DNA of 64,000 nucleotides from assembly GCA_032718475.1 (NCBI GenBank), contig JAUCBJ010000550.1, positions 10,511 through 74,510 on the forward strand, given 5' to 3'. How positions within the stretch are numbered: the first letter of the stretch is position 1; each line of letters starts with the position of its first letter. Made by a program: the position numbers and the translations under genes. The notes below the pieces were generated by a model. The model did no database searches. It was not told where the DNA came from and worked only from the letters and a program-made list of their open reading frames with translations. Shown here in pieces: positions 13,082 to 26,628 of the stretch. The stretch is from Nemertoderma westbladi. Lineage: Eukaryota; Animalia; Xenacoelomorpha.

Positions 13082-13229
13082 CTGGCCATCTAAATCAAGT
13101 TCATTATCTATCGGCATATCACCGAACATCTCTTCCGCTTGAACCGCTATGCCTTCTAAGTCAACGCTGCCATCATCTCTCGATTCCGCGTTAAATTCCC
13201 GTTTATATATAGATAATAATGTTGACATT
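13082..13229 (-). CDS. ITPR: ITPR exon 18
   Basis: MSTLLSIYKREFN...AEEMFG...LDLDGQ|gtaatc. Confidence 0.9.
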
Positions 13230-13502
13230 CTAAAATAATAACAAACAAGTAAATTTATCTCACGTACCTAAACATAAATTGATAATTATTTGAGGAGCAC
13301 ATAGAGGGCCATCTGAAATTCGTTAGTGTAAAATAAGTAAATTTTCTTCTCGTAAAAGTAAAATTTCGCCAGGGTTTACGCACAAAGTCTAACAACATAT
13401 TTCCAGCACGTTTATGGACATATGTATTTAATTGTATATGTATTTATAGACAGTATTAGTACAATTTAGAAGAGGAAAAGCGTTCATCTTCATATAGCTA
13501 AC

Positions 13503-13722
13503 CTGTAGTCCAGTCTCACATTGATAATAAAATCTATTATTTCAGTGATGCGAAGTTTAGTCAACAGTACAAACTCATCAGGTTTATCGGTGTTATCATG
13601 TTGCGATGCAACGGCAGCCCCTCCTAGAATGATGTTGGTTGGTAACACCGACATCGCCCTAATTGATGACGCTATGGATTTACTTTGAGTCGAATCAGAT
13701 AAGAAACCGGACCGGTCGAATC
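13503..13722 (-). CDS. ITPR: ITPR exon 17
   Basis: ...TKLRITEIIDFIINVRLDYR; cag acceptor, gttagc donor; phase consistent. Confidence 0.88.
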
Positions 13723-14220
13723 CTGATAAAAAATATATAATATTTCAGAAAGATATTTTTAAAGAAATTACAATTTGTAATAACGTCTGTTACCTGAACT
13801 ATGAAGTTAATATATTTTTTATATTGTTTTTGTATATTATTTTTTTACAATTTTTTCTTACTTTTCTTACAAAATTGTGTTTAGTTCTGCTTAACCCAAT
13901 CCAACTACCACAAGGAAAACAACTGCACCAATGACCAAACCCAACTAACTACAAGTTCTACAAACAATAGGCATAGCCTATATTATTCGATTCAGATAAA
14001 AAAGTGAGTTCGTTGTGCTCGTTTCCATGGTAAGGAATACTAGTTTAAAAAAAATAAAAAATAATAGCAATTTGCTCAAAATGCGCCAATAATTAATTAA
14101 ATAACATTTTTTCGTCCAACTTTCCGCCAATTTATTAAAGAAACACGTGATTTTGTGCGTAAAAATAGAACGCTGTGGGGACCAAGGGAGAACATTTAGA
14201 TTTAAAATATGAACATTCAC

Positions 14221-14382
14221 CTTTATTAGAACTGTTGTTTGTGTGATCCAATAGCTTTAACAATGTCTTCGTAAGTCGAAGGAGGTCATTTAAAGAATAG
14301 AAACCGAAATGTATGAGATGACGAGCAAGATTGACTACATGGTATGTAAACCTGTTCTCCTCCTTGTTTCTGAAAAGTAGAC
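14221..14382 (-). CDS. ITPR: ITPR exon 16
   Basis: [43 protein letters not shown]; donor gtgaat. Confidence 0.92.
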
Positions 14383-14620
14383 CTGAAAAGTAATTATATC
14401 GGAAATATTACAAAAGATTGATCTCCATCAAGTTATCTTTTCAAACAGCAAACCAACTCAAACTAATTGAAAACACTAACTAATGATTTAATAAGAACTC
14501 TGGAGTTCGACCCCACGTCATATCCTTTTTAACGGATGACACATCTTACATGGCATAACTCGCCCATACTAATAGTATAATTCTTTAGTTGTTGACAAAC
14601 TATTTATTAGCTGAACCTAC

Positions 14621-14772
14621 TTGACCGACTCCCCAAGTTATAAAGATATTTCTCCACAAAGGTAATGGTGTCAACAAACTTAGGAGGGTCAGTTTCCTGT
14701 GGTCTACCCTGCATTCCTTTGTTGCTATCGTAGTCTTCTATAGAAACCTTAAGTGGCACTTCCGACCATAAC
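14621..14772 (-). CDS. ITPR: ITPR exon 15
   Basis: cag|G LWSEVPLKVSIEDYDS...TITFVEKYL; donor gtaggt. Confidence 0.88.
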
Positions 14773-15702
14773 CTGCAATTTAAATATTGAATATTTCATT
14801 ATTCATTGAAACAGCTTCTTTTTCTGCCTCTTTATAGACTTAAGAATTTTGAAAAATGATAAAGTTTATAAAAATGACGTTTTTAATTACGGTATTAAAT
14901 TAAGTTTATATTTATACATGTGAAGTCTAATTGGTTTCTTCGATTTATGCTACAAACTACGTAAGTGTATTCTCGAATTTCTTACAACCAAATAGTTACA
15001 TCTTGGTCTCCTTGTTTTGAAATTTAACTAAAAGTTTCGTTTAGTATTATTGATGTAGAAACGTTAGAACATACAAACAATGTATTTGGGCGCGAACGAA
15101 AAAGTAAGTGAGCTTGGTATAAGGGAATCACAATGTTTAAACCGTTGTCTGTCGGGTTGTCTGTCTGTCGCCTAATGTTAGAAGACTAATAAGTCAATAT
15201 AAAATAGTCAATGTTTTCAAGCCAAACTTAATAGTTTAATAAATAGTTAAATGTATAAAACGGAAAGTGTACCCTTTTAGCAACCAATAATACTGAGAGA
15301 CATCATAACGTTGGAATATAACTAGGCATAATAACGTAAATAACGAACCGGAATGTTGTTTTACACAGATTAAAGTTAAAAAGCAAGAAATATAACAATT
15401 TGGTGCTCATGTAGTCGCAATCTGTCAAAACACTTATACATAATTAGCGTGGGGGACATCCGCTTGGCGGCGATTAGGTAACTGTTGAAATATAGAGGTA
15501 GGCCTACCCGGTACCCGGTGCCCGGTTACCCGGTGTCCGGTGCCTGGTACCCGTATGCTAAACCTGCTTACTTCGTTCTGCGCAAAAGGCCCAAAGAACG
15601 TGTTTACTATTCATACAGACTGAAAAATTGTTGCGATTATTTTTGATATGCCCCGTCCTAGCGGTAGTCGTACAGTGCAGTGTATTATAATGTTTTACTA
15701 GC

Positions 15703-15915
15703 CTTGCATAGCGTACGGGAGTTATTGTCTCCTGGGGGTCCCTGTCTACATGCATATGCAGCAAAAGACGACTTAACGCGGCTCTTAGATCGAAAGGTAG
15801 ACTGTTATCTGCCATGCAGCGGAGTATCAGACTTATACCTAGTTGATCGCAAAGTGCGTTAATCCCAATGTATTGTCTATCCAAACACATCTGACTGAAC
15901 AAGCCGAGTTGGTGT
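15703..15915 (-). CDS. ITPR: ITPR exon 14 (GC donor)
   Basis: [18 protein letters not shown]...[33 protein letters not shown]; an in-frame join to exon 15 needs AG|gctagt. Confidence 0.88.
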
Positions 15916-16732
15916 CTGAAAATTAAAAGACAGGTTTTTAAGACTACAAATTTTGGGTGGTTTTTTGGACAAAAAATAATGGCTCCAATTAATCAAATAT
16001 ATCTGTTACACTTAGATATGTTTAGTCAGAGAGCTCTTATTAGCCTCGCATGCTAAAGGATGAGTGGGACCGAGGTCATAAGAAAATAAAGTAGAAACTT
16101 CGTCGAATTTATTAGATTTGATCCATACTAACTTTTCGTTTCAAGGCAACTAGGGCCTCCACAGACTTTTAATTACGATTTAGGCCTAAGAGAAAGCCAG
16201 TGGGAATCTACCCAGCAATAATTATTTTATATTAATTAAATTATCTTGATGTTTGTGTCCCCACTATTGATTTTGCCCCATATTTTATTTCATATTAATT
16301 CTAATAGTACAGATATACAGAAATTATACGGAAATTAAACAACCGATACCGATATACATTATAAAAAACAACATTAAACCAACAATCAACCACTCTCCAC
16401 TAAACTATTCAACAAACAACTGCACTGCATTCACCCTTGTGAAAACGACATACTAACTAAATAAATTAGATAACGGTATCTAAAAAAATATATATAGTAG
16501 GTCATGACCCACCTATAACAATACATAATGTTCGAATGTTCGATTCCAGTTACAAATAACAGTTTAAGTACTAATTAATTATTAGAGTTTTAATAATGAT
16601 CACTTATGCATCTTTATTTACTTATGTATGTATTTCCTATTGATTCATATAATTTTGTTAGGTTTTCCCCGGGTTATAGTCCAACGTCTATACTAGTATT
16701 ATCTTGGGGTAAAATAGATATCGAATATAAAC

Positions 16733-18066
16733 AACATGACCCGTAATATAATGTCATTTGTCATTTTCTGATGAATAGGACCCAAGGACGCCTTGTACGG
16801 ACCCCCAAATTTTTCTACAAATCTTTATTCTTTATCTTTAAAAAAAGTGTCTCCGTCGTGTCTCGTGTTGGTACTAGTGGAAAGCTGACCGTGCAAGGAT
16901 TCCAAATATGAAAAAATATTTCCATTTGGTTGGGAAATAGCTGAGATATTGGCATTCGAATTTCGCATGTATTTGCTTCCACTGCAGGCCATTTATTCTA
17001 TTAAATAAATACACAATTTTCTAGAACATTTTGATTATATATGAATAATATATCCATACTAGCATGGCCTACTATATATATTATATATTATTATATATAC
17101 ATTCTATATAGTAGGCCATGATACTAGTATTATCATGTAGGCATTGCATTGTTGCCAATCTACTTATGAGATAAACAAAATGTTCTAGAATATTGTGTAT
17201 TTATTTAATAGAATAAATGGCCTGCAGCGGAAGCAAATACATGCAAAATTAAAATGCCCATATCTCAGCTATTTCCCAACCAAATTCAAATATTTTTACA
17301 TATTTGGAATACTTGCACTGTCAGCTTTCCACTAGTGCCAAAATTACTAAATGTTTGAAGAATAACTGCGGTGTAACTCGGTGCAATATCGACAATGACA
17401 CTTTTTTTAAACGCTTGTAGCTAAAGATTGAAAGCAAAAATACAAATTTTGGCTCACCCAGTCAGTGGTCGGGAGGTGAAACTAACTATGTTTCAAATTT
17501 CATGCAATCTCATTAACTTGTAGAAAAATTTGGGGGGGGGGGGGGGGCGGGGTGCTCACCTGAATTACGACACTATATTCTGGGACATGGTGTACAGTTG
17601 TTGCACACTCATGAGATAAATAATAATATACGTTCTAGAATGTTATGTATTCATTAAATGGAATAATTATTAATAATTATTCTCCAGTGAAAGGTAATTC
17701 TTGCAATCTTTGAACGCCTATATCTCAGCTGTTTCTCAACGAAGCTCAGACATGTTACCTATTTGGAATCCTTGTCATGCAAGCTTTCCAATGATGTGTA
17801 CGTACGTACAGGGGCCTAATGTGAAGAATGGCCACGATAGGATGGGTGCAATATCACAAAATACACTTTTTCTAAAACGCTTAGAAAAAAATTAAAGGCG
17901 AAACCGGAAATTCCGGCTTCATGGTAACAACCCCGGTGAGTTGAACTAGTTGTGTTTCAAATTTCAAGCAATATGATAAAGATTTGTAGAAAAATTGGGG
18001 GGGGGGGGGGGGGGGGGGGGGGCCGAGTCATCAAGAAAAGACACTATAAATACGGGTCATGGTGTA
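16733..18066. mobile_element. Foldback/MITE with long inverted arms and a duplicated right arm
   Basis: 16870-17031 inverted against 17177-17339; left end CATGACCCGTA versus right ends GGGACATGGTGTA (~17594) and TACGGGTCATGGTGTA (~18066). Confidence 0.78.
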
Positions 18067-18254
18067 TATTTAGTGGGGCGTGGGGGTGGGGGGGGGGGGG
18101 GGAATAAAATACTATGGGGGAAGCTCCTTCTACTGAGGGTGTGGAAAATTTAGTAGAATTAAAAACAAGTAGAAAATAGATTATTAACATTTAAAAAGCA
18201 TTGATTTTGCGTCAATCAATTAATTAATACTGCAATAGTTGAATAAGACTCGTA

Positions 18255-19904
18255 ATGAAGAATGTTAATTATGTAGAATCAGAAGACGTTGAAAATGTCG
18301 ATGTTGTAAACATCAACAATGTTAAAGATACAGGAATAGCTAAGTCAATTTCCATCCGATCTCTCGAGTCAACAGGCCAAAATGGAGAAAACATTTCAAC
18401 CACCTTATTGGGAATATATGTGTTATTTATGTTGGTATTCGGAATCTCTCTCGTGATATCTTCACATTTGCAGTTGGAAGTGACTAACACTCACGTTGAA
18501 TGCTTCTCTATATACGTGTACGTTCTGGGTATATTGTCACTTATTACTGTCATTGCGTTTTCCATGAAAGAGTTGAATGCCCCGGTAGACCATAGCAATG
18601 GCAACATGTTCTTAAAGGCTGGGGCTCTGTTGTTCTTCATGGCAAGTTTGACGGAAGACGGTATTGATGTCACTATTTGGTATAAATATGAGCAGCACCA
18701 CGTCTTAAACGCTACATTCCCGGCCACTATTGTGATCCGAGCAGTTTTTATGGGTACTCAACTTATGGCACTAATTCTCTATTCCGGAAAATGTCTACAA
18801 GTCCACCAAACAATATCCAAATGTTGCCTAGCCCAATGCGTCATGGGTAATGTATTTTTGTGGTTTCAAACAGGAATTATGGAAGCTGTCGAATCTCTAC
18901 ATCGTGAAAACCCAAGAAACATGACATCGGACTACTTACATCCTGTTACCATTGGAAGCAGTCTGGAAAATATTCAAAATCTTTCAAGAACTTTCTTCAT
19001 ACCATGTCGCATTGAATACTGCCTAATGGGTGCGACAATGATGTATTTCATGTTGAGAAATGTTGGTACTTCCCCATCAGAAAGTGGACAAGCCTCTTGT
19101 ACTTTGACCGACATTGATGTCAAAACCACCTCGTCTCAAACCGTAGATGATAAATCAGTCTCTTTGGCTATTGGATTAATAGCAGGATCTATATGTTTAG
19201 TATCCAGTTTTGTTGTGATCATAATATCATCAGTGTTACTTACAGAAGCCGCAGAAAAGAAATTAGAGACAATCTTCGTTAAAAATAGTTATGTTGGATA
19301 TTATATCACAATACAAGTAATTATGAGTGTTTGTGTAGCGATTTTAGGGTGGTCCATGCGTGTTAAACATACCTTCGAAAAGAATGAAAAAATTTACTTG
19401 GATAGAGCATTGCTGTTAATATCCCTTGGAGGTGCATTCGTAATGATATCTTTCAGTTTTATTGCCGGAATTTACAGTGACAATTCAAAAATAAACCAAC
19501 GTATACTACTGTTTGTTACTTACGGCACTTATATGTTTCAAGCGAGTTTACAAGTAATTGTTATACTTGATGGATTGCATCGGCGCGCCCATGCGGCTGG
19601 TGAGAAGTGGAGCAAAGGCCTTGTATTATTTATTATATTTGGAAATATATCATTGTGGATAGACAGCATTTTTGAGACAAAATTCAACACAGCCGTGATT
19701 CAGATTGAGTTCTTTGATTCTTGGCAGATGATACTGCACACGATGAGTCCTTTAATGATTTACTTCAGGTTCCATTCAACTGAATGCTTTTGCGAAATTC
19801 TGCATCATGCCTATTCAACTAAAGTTGGAGAGAAAAAGGAATCAAAGATGTCATGGGAAAGAACCCTGAGTAGAAAAATTAGAAGACAATTATCATTGAA
19901 ATAG
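18255..19904 (+). CDS. OTOP: Otopetrin-family proton channel, paralogue A (intronless, antisense in ITPR intron 13)
   Basis: 549-aa multi-pass membrane ORF with otopetrin motifs: HSNGNMFLKAGALLF, GNVFLWF, PCRIEYCL, LDRALLLISLGG, QASLQ, GNISLWI, PLMIYFRFHS. Confidence 0.9.
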   Translation: MKNVNYVESEDVENVDVVNINNVKDTGIAKSISIRSLESTGQNGENISTTLLGIYVLFMLVFGISLVISSHLQLEVTNTHVECFSIYVYVLGILSLITVIAFSMKELNAPVDHSNGNMFLKAGALLFFMASLTEDGIDVTIWYKYEQHHVLNATFPATIVIRAVFMGTQLMALILYSGKCLQVHQTISKCCLAQCVMGNVFLWFQTGIMEAVESLHRENPRNMTSDYLHPVTIGSSLENIQNLSRTFFIPCRIEYCLMGATMMYFMLRNVGTSPSESGQASCTLTDIDVKTTSSQTVDDKSVSLAIGLIAGSICLVSSFVVIIISSVLLTEAAEKKLETIFVKNSYVGYYITIQVIMSVCVAILGWSMRVKHTFEKNEKIYLDRALLLISLGGAFVMISFSFIAGIYSDNSKINQRILLFVTYGTYMFQASLQVIVILDGLHRRAHAAGEKWSKGLVLFIIFGNISLWIDSIFETKFNTAVIQIEFFDSWQMILHTMSPLMIYFRFHSTECFCEILHHAYSTKVGEKKESKMSWERTLSRKIRRQLSLK

Positions 19905-20169
19905 ATAAAAATCAGATATGAAGAAAAAAATATTGGTGATGGTTGATTTTTATTTATTTATTTTTTTATTTATTGGTGATGGCCGATAAAAAAAAATACG
20001 TAAACACGCAACCGTATAATTAACTGGAGATGAACATGTTGTTTAAGGGATGTTGTTTACTAGTACAACTTAGTAATTGAATTTCACCATTATTAATGAG
20101 CTAAAAAACAACTTTGAAAAAAAACATTGGGGAGAGAAGACGCAGAAGAAAACATTAAATTCGAAATAT

Positions 20170-23100
20170 AGGTGCCATAATCAATGGGGTTGGAGGTGTC
20201 ATTCTCAATGGTGTTGGAGGTGTCATACTCAATGGGGTTGGAGGTGTCATTCTCAATGGGATAGGATGTGTCATTCTCAATGGGATTGGAAGTGTCATTC
20301 TCAATGGGGTGAAGTGTCATTCTCAATGGGGTTGGAGGTGCCATAATCAATGGGATAGGAGGTGTCATTCTCAATGGGGTGGAGGTGTCATTCTCAATGG
20401 GATTGGAAGTGTCATTCTCAATGGGGTGAAGTGTCATTCTCAATGGGGTTGGAGGTGCCATAATCAATGGGATAGGAGGTGTCATTCTCAATGGGGTGAA
20501 GTGTCATTCTCAATGGGATAGGAGGTGTTATTTTCAATGGGGAGGAGGTGTCATTCTCAATGGGGTTGGAGGTGTCATTCTCAATGTGGTGGAGGTGTCA
20601 TACTCAATGGGATAGGAGGTGTTATTTTCAATGGGGAGGAAGTGTCATTCTCAATGGGATAGGAGGTGTCATTCTCAATGTGGTGGAGGTGTCATACTCA
20701 ATGGGGTGGAGGTGTCATTCTCAATGGGGTGAAGTGTCATTCTCAATGGGATAGGAGGTGTCATTCTCAATGCGGTTGAGGTGTCATACTCAATGGGGTG
20801 GAGGTGTCATTCTCAATGGGATAGGAGGAGCCATTCTCAATGGTGTTGGAGGTGTCATACTCAATGGGGTGGAGGTGCCATTCTCAATGGTGTTGGAGGT
20901 GTCATACTCAATGGGGTTGGAGGTGTCATTCTCAATGGGATAGGATGTGTCATTCTCAATGGGATTGGAAGTGTCATTCTCAATGGGGTGAAGTGTCATT
21001 CTCAATGGGGTTGGAGGTGCCATAATCAATGGGATAGGAGGTGTCATTCTCAATGGGGTGGAGGTGTCATTCTCAATGGGATAGGAGGTGTCATTCTCAA
21101 TGTGGTGGAGGTGCCATAATCAATGGGGTGGAGTGTCATTCTCAATGGGATAGGAGGTGTCATTCTCAATGTGGTGGAGGTGCCATAATCAATGGGGTGG
21201 AGTGTCATTCTCAATGGGATAGGAGGTGTCATTCTCAATGGGGTTGGAGGTGTCATTCTCAATGGGGTGGAGGTGTCATTCTCAATGGGATAGGAGGTGT
21301 TATTTTCAATGGGGAGGAGGTGTCATTCTCAATGGGATAAGAGGTGTCATTCTCAATGGGATTGGAAGTGTCATTCTCAATGGGGTGAAGTGTCATTCTC
21401 AATGGGATAGGAGGTGTCATTCTCAATGTGGTGGAGGTGTCATACTCAATGGGGTGGAGGTGTCATTCTCAATGGGATAGGAGGTGTCATTCTCAATGGG
21501 ATTGGAAGTGTCATTCTCAATGGGGTGAAGTGTCATTCTCAATGGGATAGGAGGTGTTATTTTCAATGGGGAGGAGGTGTCATTCTCAATGGGGTTGGAG
21601 GTGTCATTCTCAATGTGGTGGAGGTGTCATACTCAATGGGGTGGAGGTGTCATTCTCAATGGGGTAGAGGTGTCATTCTCAATGGGATAGGAGGTGTCAT
21701 TCTCAATGGGATTGGAAGTGTCATTCTCAATGGGGTGAAGTGTCATTCTCAATGGGATAGGAGGTGTTATTTTCAATGGGGAGGAGGTGTCATTCTCAAT
21801 GGGATAAGAGGTGTCATTCTCAATGGGATTGGAAGTGTCATTCTCAATGGGGTGAAGTGTCATTCTCAATGGGATAGGAGGTGTTATTTTCAATGGGGAG
21901 GAGGTGTCATTCTCAATGGGATAGGAGGTGTCATTCTCAATGGGGTGGAGATGTCATTCTCAATGCGGTGGAGTTGTCATTCTCAATGGGATATGAGGTG
22001 TCATTCTCAATGGGGTGGAGGTGTCATTCTCAATGGGGTGGAGTTGTCATTCTCAATGGGATATGAGGTGTCATTCTCAATGGGGTGGAGGTGTCACTCT
22101 CAATGGGGTGGAGATGTCATTCTCAATGGGGTAGAGGTGTCATTCTCAATGGGGTAGAGGTGTCATACTCAATGGGGTGGATGTGTCATTCTCAATGGGG
22201 TGGAGGTGTCATTCTCAATGGGGTGGAGATGTCATTCTCAATGGGGTAGAGGTGTCATACTCAATGAGATAGGAGGTGACATTCTTAATGGTGTAGAGGT
22301 GTCATACTCAATGGGATAGGAGGTGTCATACTCAATGGGGTGGATGTGTCATTCTCAATGGGGTGGAGGTGTCATTCTCAATGGGGTGGAGGTGTCATTC
22401 TCAATGTGGTGGAGGTGTTATTCTCAATGGGGTGGAGTTGTCATTCCCAATGCGGTTGAGGTGTCATTCTCAATGGGGTAGAGGTGTCATACTCAATGAG
22501 ATAGGAGGTGTCATACTCAATGGGGTGGATGTGTCATTCTCAATGGGGTGGAGGTGTCATTCTCAATGGGGTGGAGATGTCATTCTCAATGGGGTAGAGG
22601 TGTCATACTCAATGAGATAGGAGGTGACATTCTTAATGGTGTAGAGGTGTCATACTCAATGAGATAGGAGGTGTCATACTCAATGGGGTGGATGTGTCAT
22701 TCTCAATGGGGTGGAGGTGTCATTCTCAATGGGGTGGAGATGTCATTCTCAATGGGGTAGAGGTGTCATACTCAATGAGATAGGAGGTGACATTCTTAAT
22801 GGTGTAGAGGTGTCATACTCAATGGGATAGGAGGTGTCATACTCAATGGGGTGGATGTGTCATTCTCAATGGGGTGGAGGTGTCATTCTCAATGGGGTGG
22901 AGGTGTCATTCTCAATGTGGTGGAGGTGTTATTCTCAATGGGGTGGAGTTGTCATTCCCAATGCGGTTGAGGTGTCATTCTCAATGGGGTAGAGGTGTCA
23001 TTCTCAATGGGATAGGAGGTGTCATTCTCAATGGGGTGGAGGTGTCATACTCAATGGGATAGGAGGTGTCATTCTCAATGGGGTGGAGGTGTCATTCTCA

Positions 23101-25940
23101 ATGTGGTGGAGGTGTTATTCTCAATGGGGTGGAGTTGTCATTCCCAATGCGGTTGAGGTGTCATTCTCAATGGGGTAGAGGTGTCATTCTCAATGGGATA
23201 GGAGGTGTCATTCTCAATGGGGTGGAGGTGTCATACTCAATGGGATAGGAGGTGCCATACTCAATGGGGTGGAGGTGTCATTCTCAATGGGGTGGAGTTG
23301 TCATTCTCAATGGGATAGGAGGTGTTATTCTCAATGGGGTGGAGTTGTCATTCCCAATGCGGTTGAGGTGTCATTCTCAATGGGGTAGAGGTGTCATTCT
23401 CAATGGGGTATAGGTGTCATTCTCAATGGGATAGGAGGTGTCATTCTCAATGTGGTGGAGGTGTCATTCTCAATGGGGTGGAGGTGTCATTCTCAATGGG
23501 GTGGAGTTGTCATTCCCAATGCGGTTGAGGTGTCATTCTCAATGGGGTAGAGGTGTCATTCTCAATGGGGTATAGGTGTCATTCTCAATGGGATAGGAGG
23601 TGTCATTCTCAATGGGGTGGAGGTGTCATTCTCAATGGGATAGGAGGTGTCATTCTCAATGGGATTGGAAGTGTCATTCTCAATGGGGTGAAGTGTCATT
23701 CTCAATGGGATAGGAGGTGTTATTTTCAATGGGGAGGAGGTGTCATTCTCAATGGGGTTGGAGGTGTCATTCTCAATGTGGTGGAGGTGTCATACTCAAT
23801 GGGGTGGAGGTGTCATTCTCAATGGGATAGGAGGTGTCATTCTCAATGGGATTGGAAGTGTCATTCTCAATGGGGTGAAGTGTCATTCTCAATGGGATAG
23901 GAGGTGTCATTCTCAATGGGATAGGAGGTGTCATTCTCAATGGGATTGGAAGTGTCATTCTCAATGGGGTGAAGTGTCATTCTCAATGGGATAGGAGGTG
24001 TTATTTTCAATGGGGAGGAGGTGTCATTCTCAATGGGATAAGAGGTGTCTTTCTCAATGGGATTGGAAGTGTCATTCTCAATGGGGTGAAGTGTCATTCT
24101 CAATGGGATAGGAGGTGTTATTTTCAATGGGGAGGAGGTGTCATTCTCAATGGGATAGGAGGTGTCATTCTCAATGGGGTGGAGATGTCATTCTCAATGC
24201 GGTGGAGTTGTCATTCTCAATGGGATATGAGGTGTCATTCTCAATGGGATTGGAAGTGTCATTCTCAATGGGGTGAAGTGTCATTCTCAATGGGATAGGA
24301 GGTGTTATTTTCAATGGGGAGGAGGTGTCATTCTCAATGGGATAAGAGGTGTCATTCTCAATGGGATTGGAAGTGTCATTCTCAATGGGGTGAAGTGTCA
24401 TTCTCAATGGGATAGGAGGTGTTATTTTCAATGGGGAGGAGGTGTCATTCTCAATGGGATATGAGGTGTCATTCTCAATGGGATTGGAAGTGTCATTCTC
24501 AATGGGGTGAAGTGTCATTCTCAATGGGATAGGAGGTGTTATTTTCAATGGGGAGGAGGTGTCATTCTCAATGGGATAAGAGGTGTCATTCTCAATGGGA
24601 TTGGAAGTGTCATTCTCAATGGGGTAGAGGTGTCATTCTCAATGGGATAGGAGGTGTTATTTTCAATGGGGAGGAGGTGTCATTCTCAATGGGATAAGAG
24701 GTGTCATTCTCAATGGGATTGGAAGTGTCATTCTCAATGGGGTGAAGTGTCATTCTCAATGGGATAGGAGGTGTTATTTTCAATGGGGAGGAGGTGTCAT
24801 TCTCAATGGGATAGGAGGTGTCATTCTCAATGGGGTGGAGATGTCATTCTCAATGCGGTGGAGTTGTCATTCTCAATGGGATATGAGGTGTCATTCTCAA
24901 TGGGGTGGAGGTGTCACTCTCAATGGGGTGGAGATGTCATTCTCAATGGGGTAGAGGTGTCATTCTCAATGGGGTAGAGGTGTCATACTCAATGAGATAG
25001 GAGGTGACATTCTTAATGGTGTAGAGGTGTCATACTCAATGGGATAGGAGGTGTCATACTCAATGGGGTGGAGATGTCATTCTCAATGGGGTAGAGGTGT
25101 CATACTCAATGAGATAGGAGGTGACATTCTTAATGGTGTAGAGGTGTCATACTCAATGAGATAGGAGGTGACATTCTTAATGGTGTAGAGGTGTCATACT
25201 CAATGGGATAGGAGGTGTCATACTCAATGGGGTGGATGTGTCATTCTCAATGGGGTGGAGGTGTCATTCTCAATGGGGTGGAGGTGTCATTCTCAATGTG
25301 GTGGAGGTGTTATTCTCAATGGGGTGGAGTTGTCATTCCCAATGCGGTTGAGGTGTCATTCTCAATGGGGTAGAGGTGTCATTCTCAATGGGATAGGAGG
25401 TGTCATTCTCAATGGGGTGGAGGTGTCATTCTCAATGGGGTGGAGTTGTCATTCTCAATGGGATAGGAGGTGTCATTCTCAATGGGGTGGAGTTGTCATT
25501 CCCAATGCGGTTGAGGTGTCATTCTCAATGGGGTAGAGGTGTCATTCTCAATGGGGTATAGGTGTCATTCTCAATGGGATAGGAGGTGTCATTCTCAATG
25601 TGGTGGAGGTGTCATTCTCAATGGGGTGGAGGTGTCATTCTCAATGGGGTGGAGTTGTCATTCCCAATGCGGTTGAGGTGTCATTCTCAATGGGGTAGAG
25701 GTGTCATTCTCAATGGGGTATAGGTGTCATTCTCAATGGGATAGGAGGTGTCATTCTCAATGGGGTGGAGGTGTCATTCTCAATGTGGTGGAGGTGTCAT
25801 ACTCAATGAGATAGGAGGTGACATTCTCAATGGGGTGGAGGTGTCATACTCAATGAGATAGGTGTCATTCTCAATGGGATAGGTGTCATTCTCAATGGGA
25901 TAGGTGTCATTCTCAATGGGATAGGAGGTGTCATTCTCGG
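20170..25940. repeat. G-rich 21-23-bp satellite (~250 copies) between the two otopetrins
   Basis: Unit GGAGGTGTCATTCTCAATGGGGT and variants (GGGATAGG, GGGATTGGAA), with recurring higher-order blocks. Confidence 0.97.
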
Positions 25941-26628
25941 GCCTTGAGGTCATTCTCTTCTGATGATAACTGAGTGTGTTTTGGTTGTTATTGCAGATTA
26001 TATACATAATATATATTTAATTCCATTTAATAAAAAACGAATAAATTGATTATATATATAGACATAGCCTTCTAAACTTTTAAATATGAGCACATTCCGA
26101 CTATATGTAATGTTGAATTTGAAAACTATGAGAACTATGACGGACAATAGTACTGTTCCTACGGAGGCAACGTAAGGGAGAGGCATGGGCAGCAACGGCA
26201 TCCAGCACGCCGATCGTACTGTCACTTTCTAACCAAAACGCGAACTTGGATAGTGTTTCTATGGAACAACACATCAGCAAAAATAGTGATGCACAGGTCA
26301 GGCTGATTGATAATACAGGTGCTTCTGCAATATATATTACAAGAATGAGTGGAAGTCATAGATAAGTGATTATTAAATTCAGTCAAGTAATTAATTACAT
26401 CATCAAATTGGACTAATGTTGTTTAGTTTTAATTCCAATACTAACTATTATGACAGTAATCCCTTACAGAATGGTATTTGATAAACAAACAACACTTTGA
26501 CCTTCCAAGTCAAGTTGAGAATAAAATAACATGTTATTCAATTTAAACATTGATAGTAAGTCAGAATTGAGAAATGTATTCAACTATTAATTAAATCAGA
26601 ATATTTAAAAACCCATTGAAAATACAAT

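Noticed and set aside
20077-25940. CRISPR-like array or repeat-protein ORFs
   Set aside because: Linkers are 7-9 nt, low in diversity and recurrent; there are no unique spacers and no cas genes, and the context is eukaryotic.
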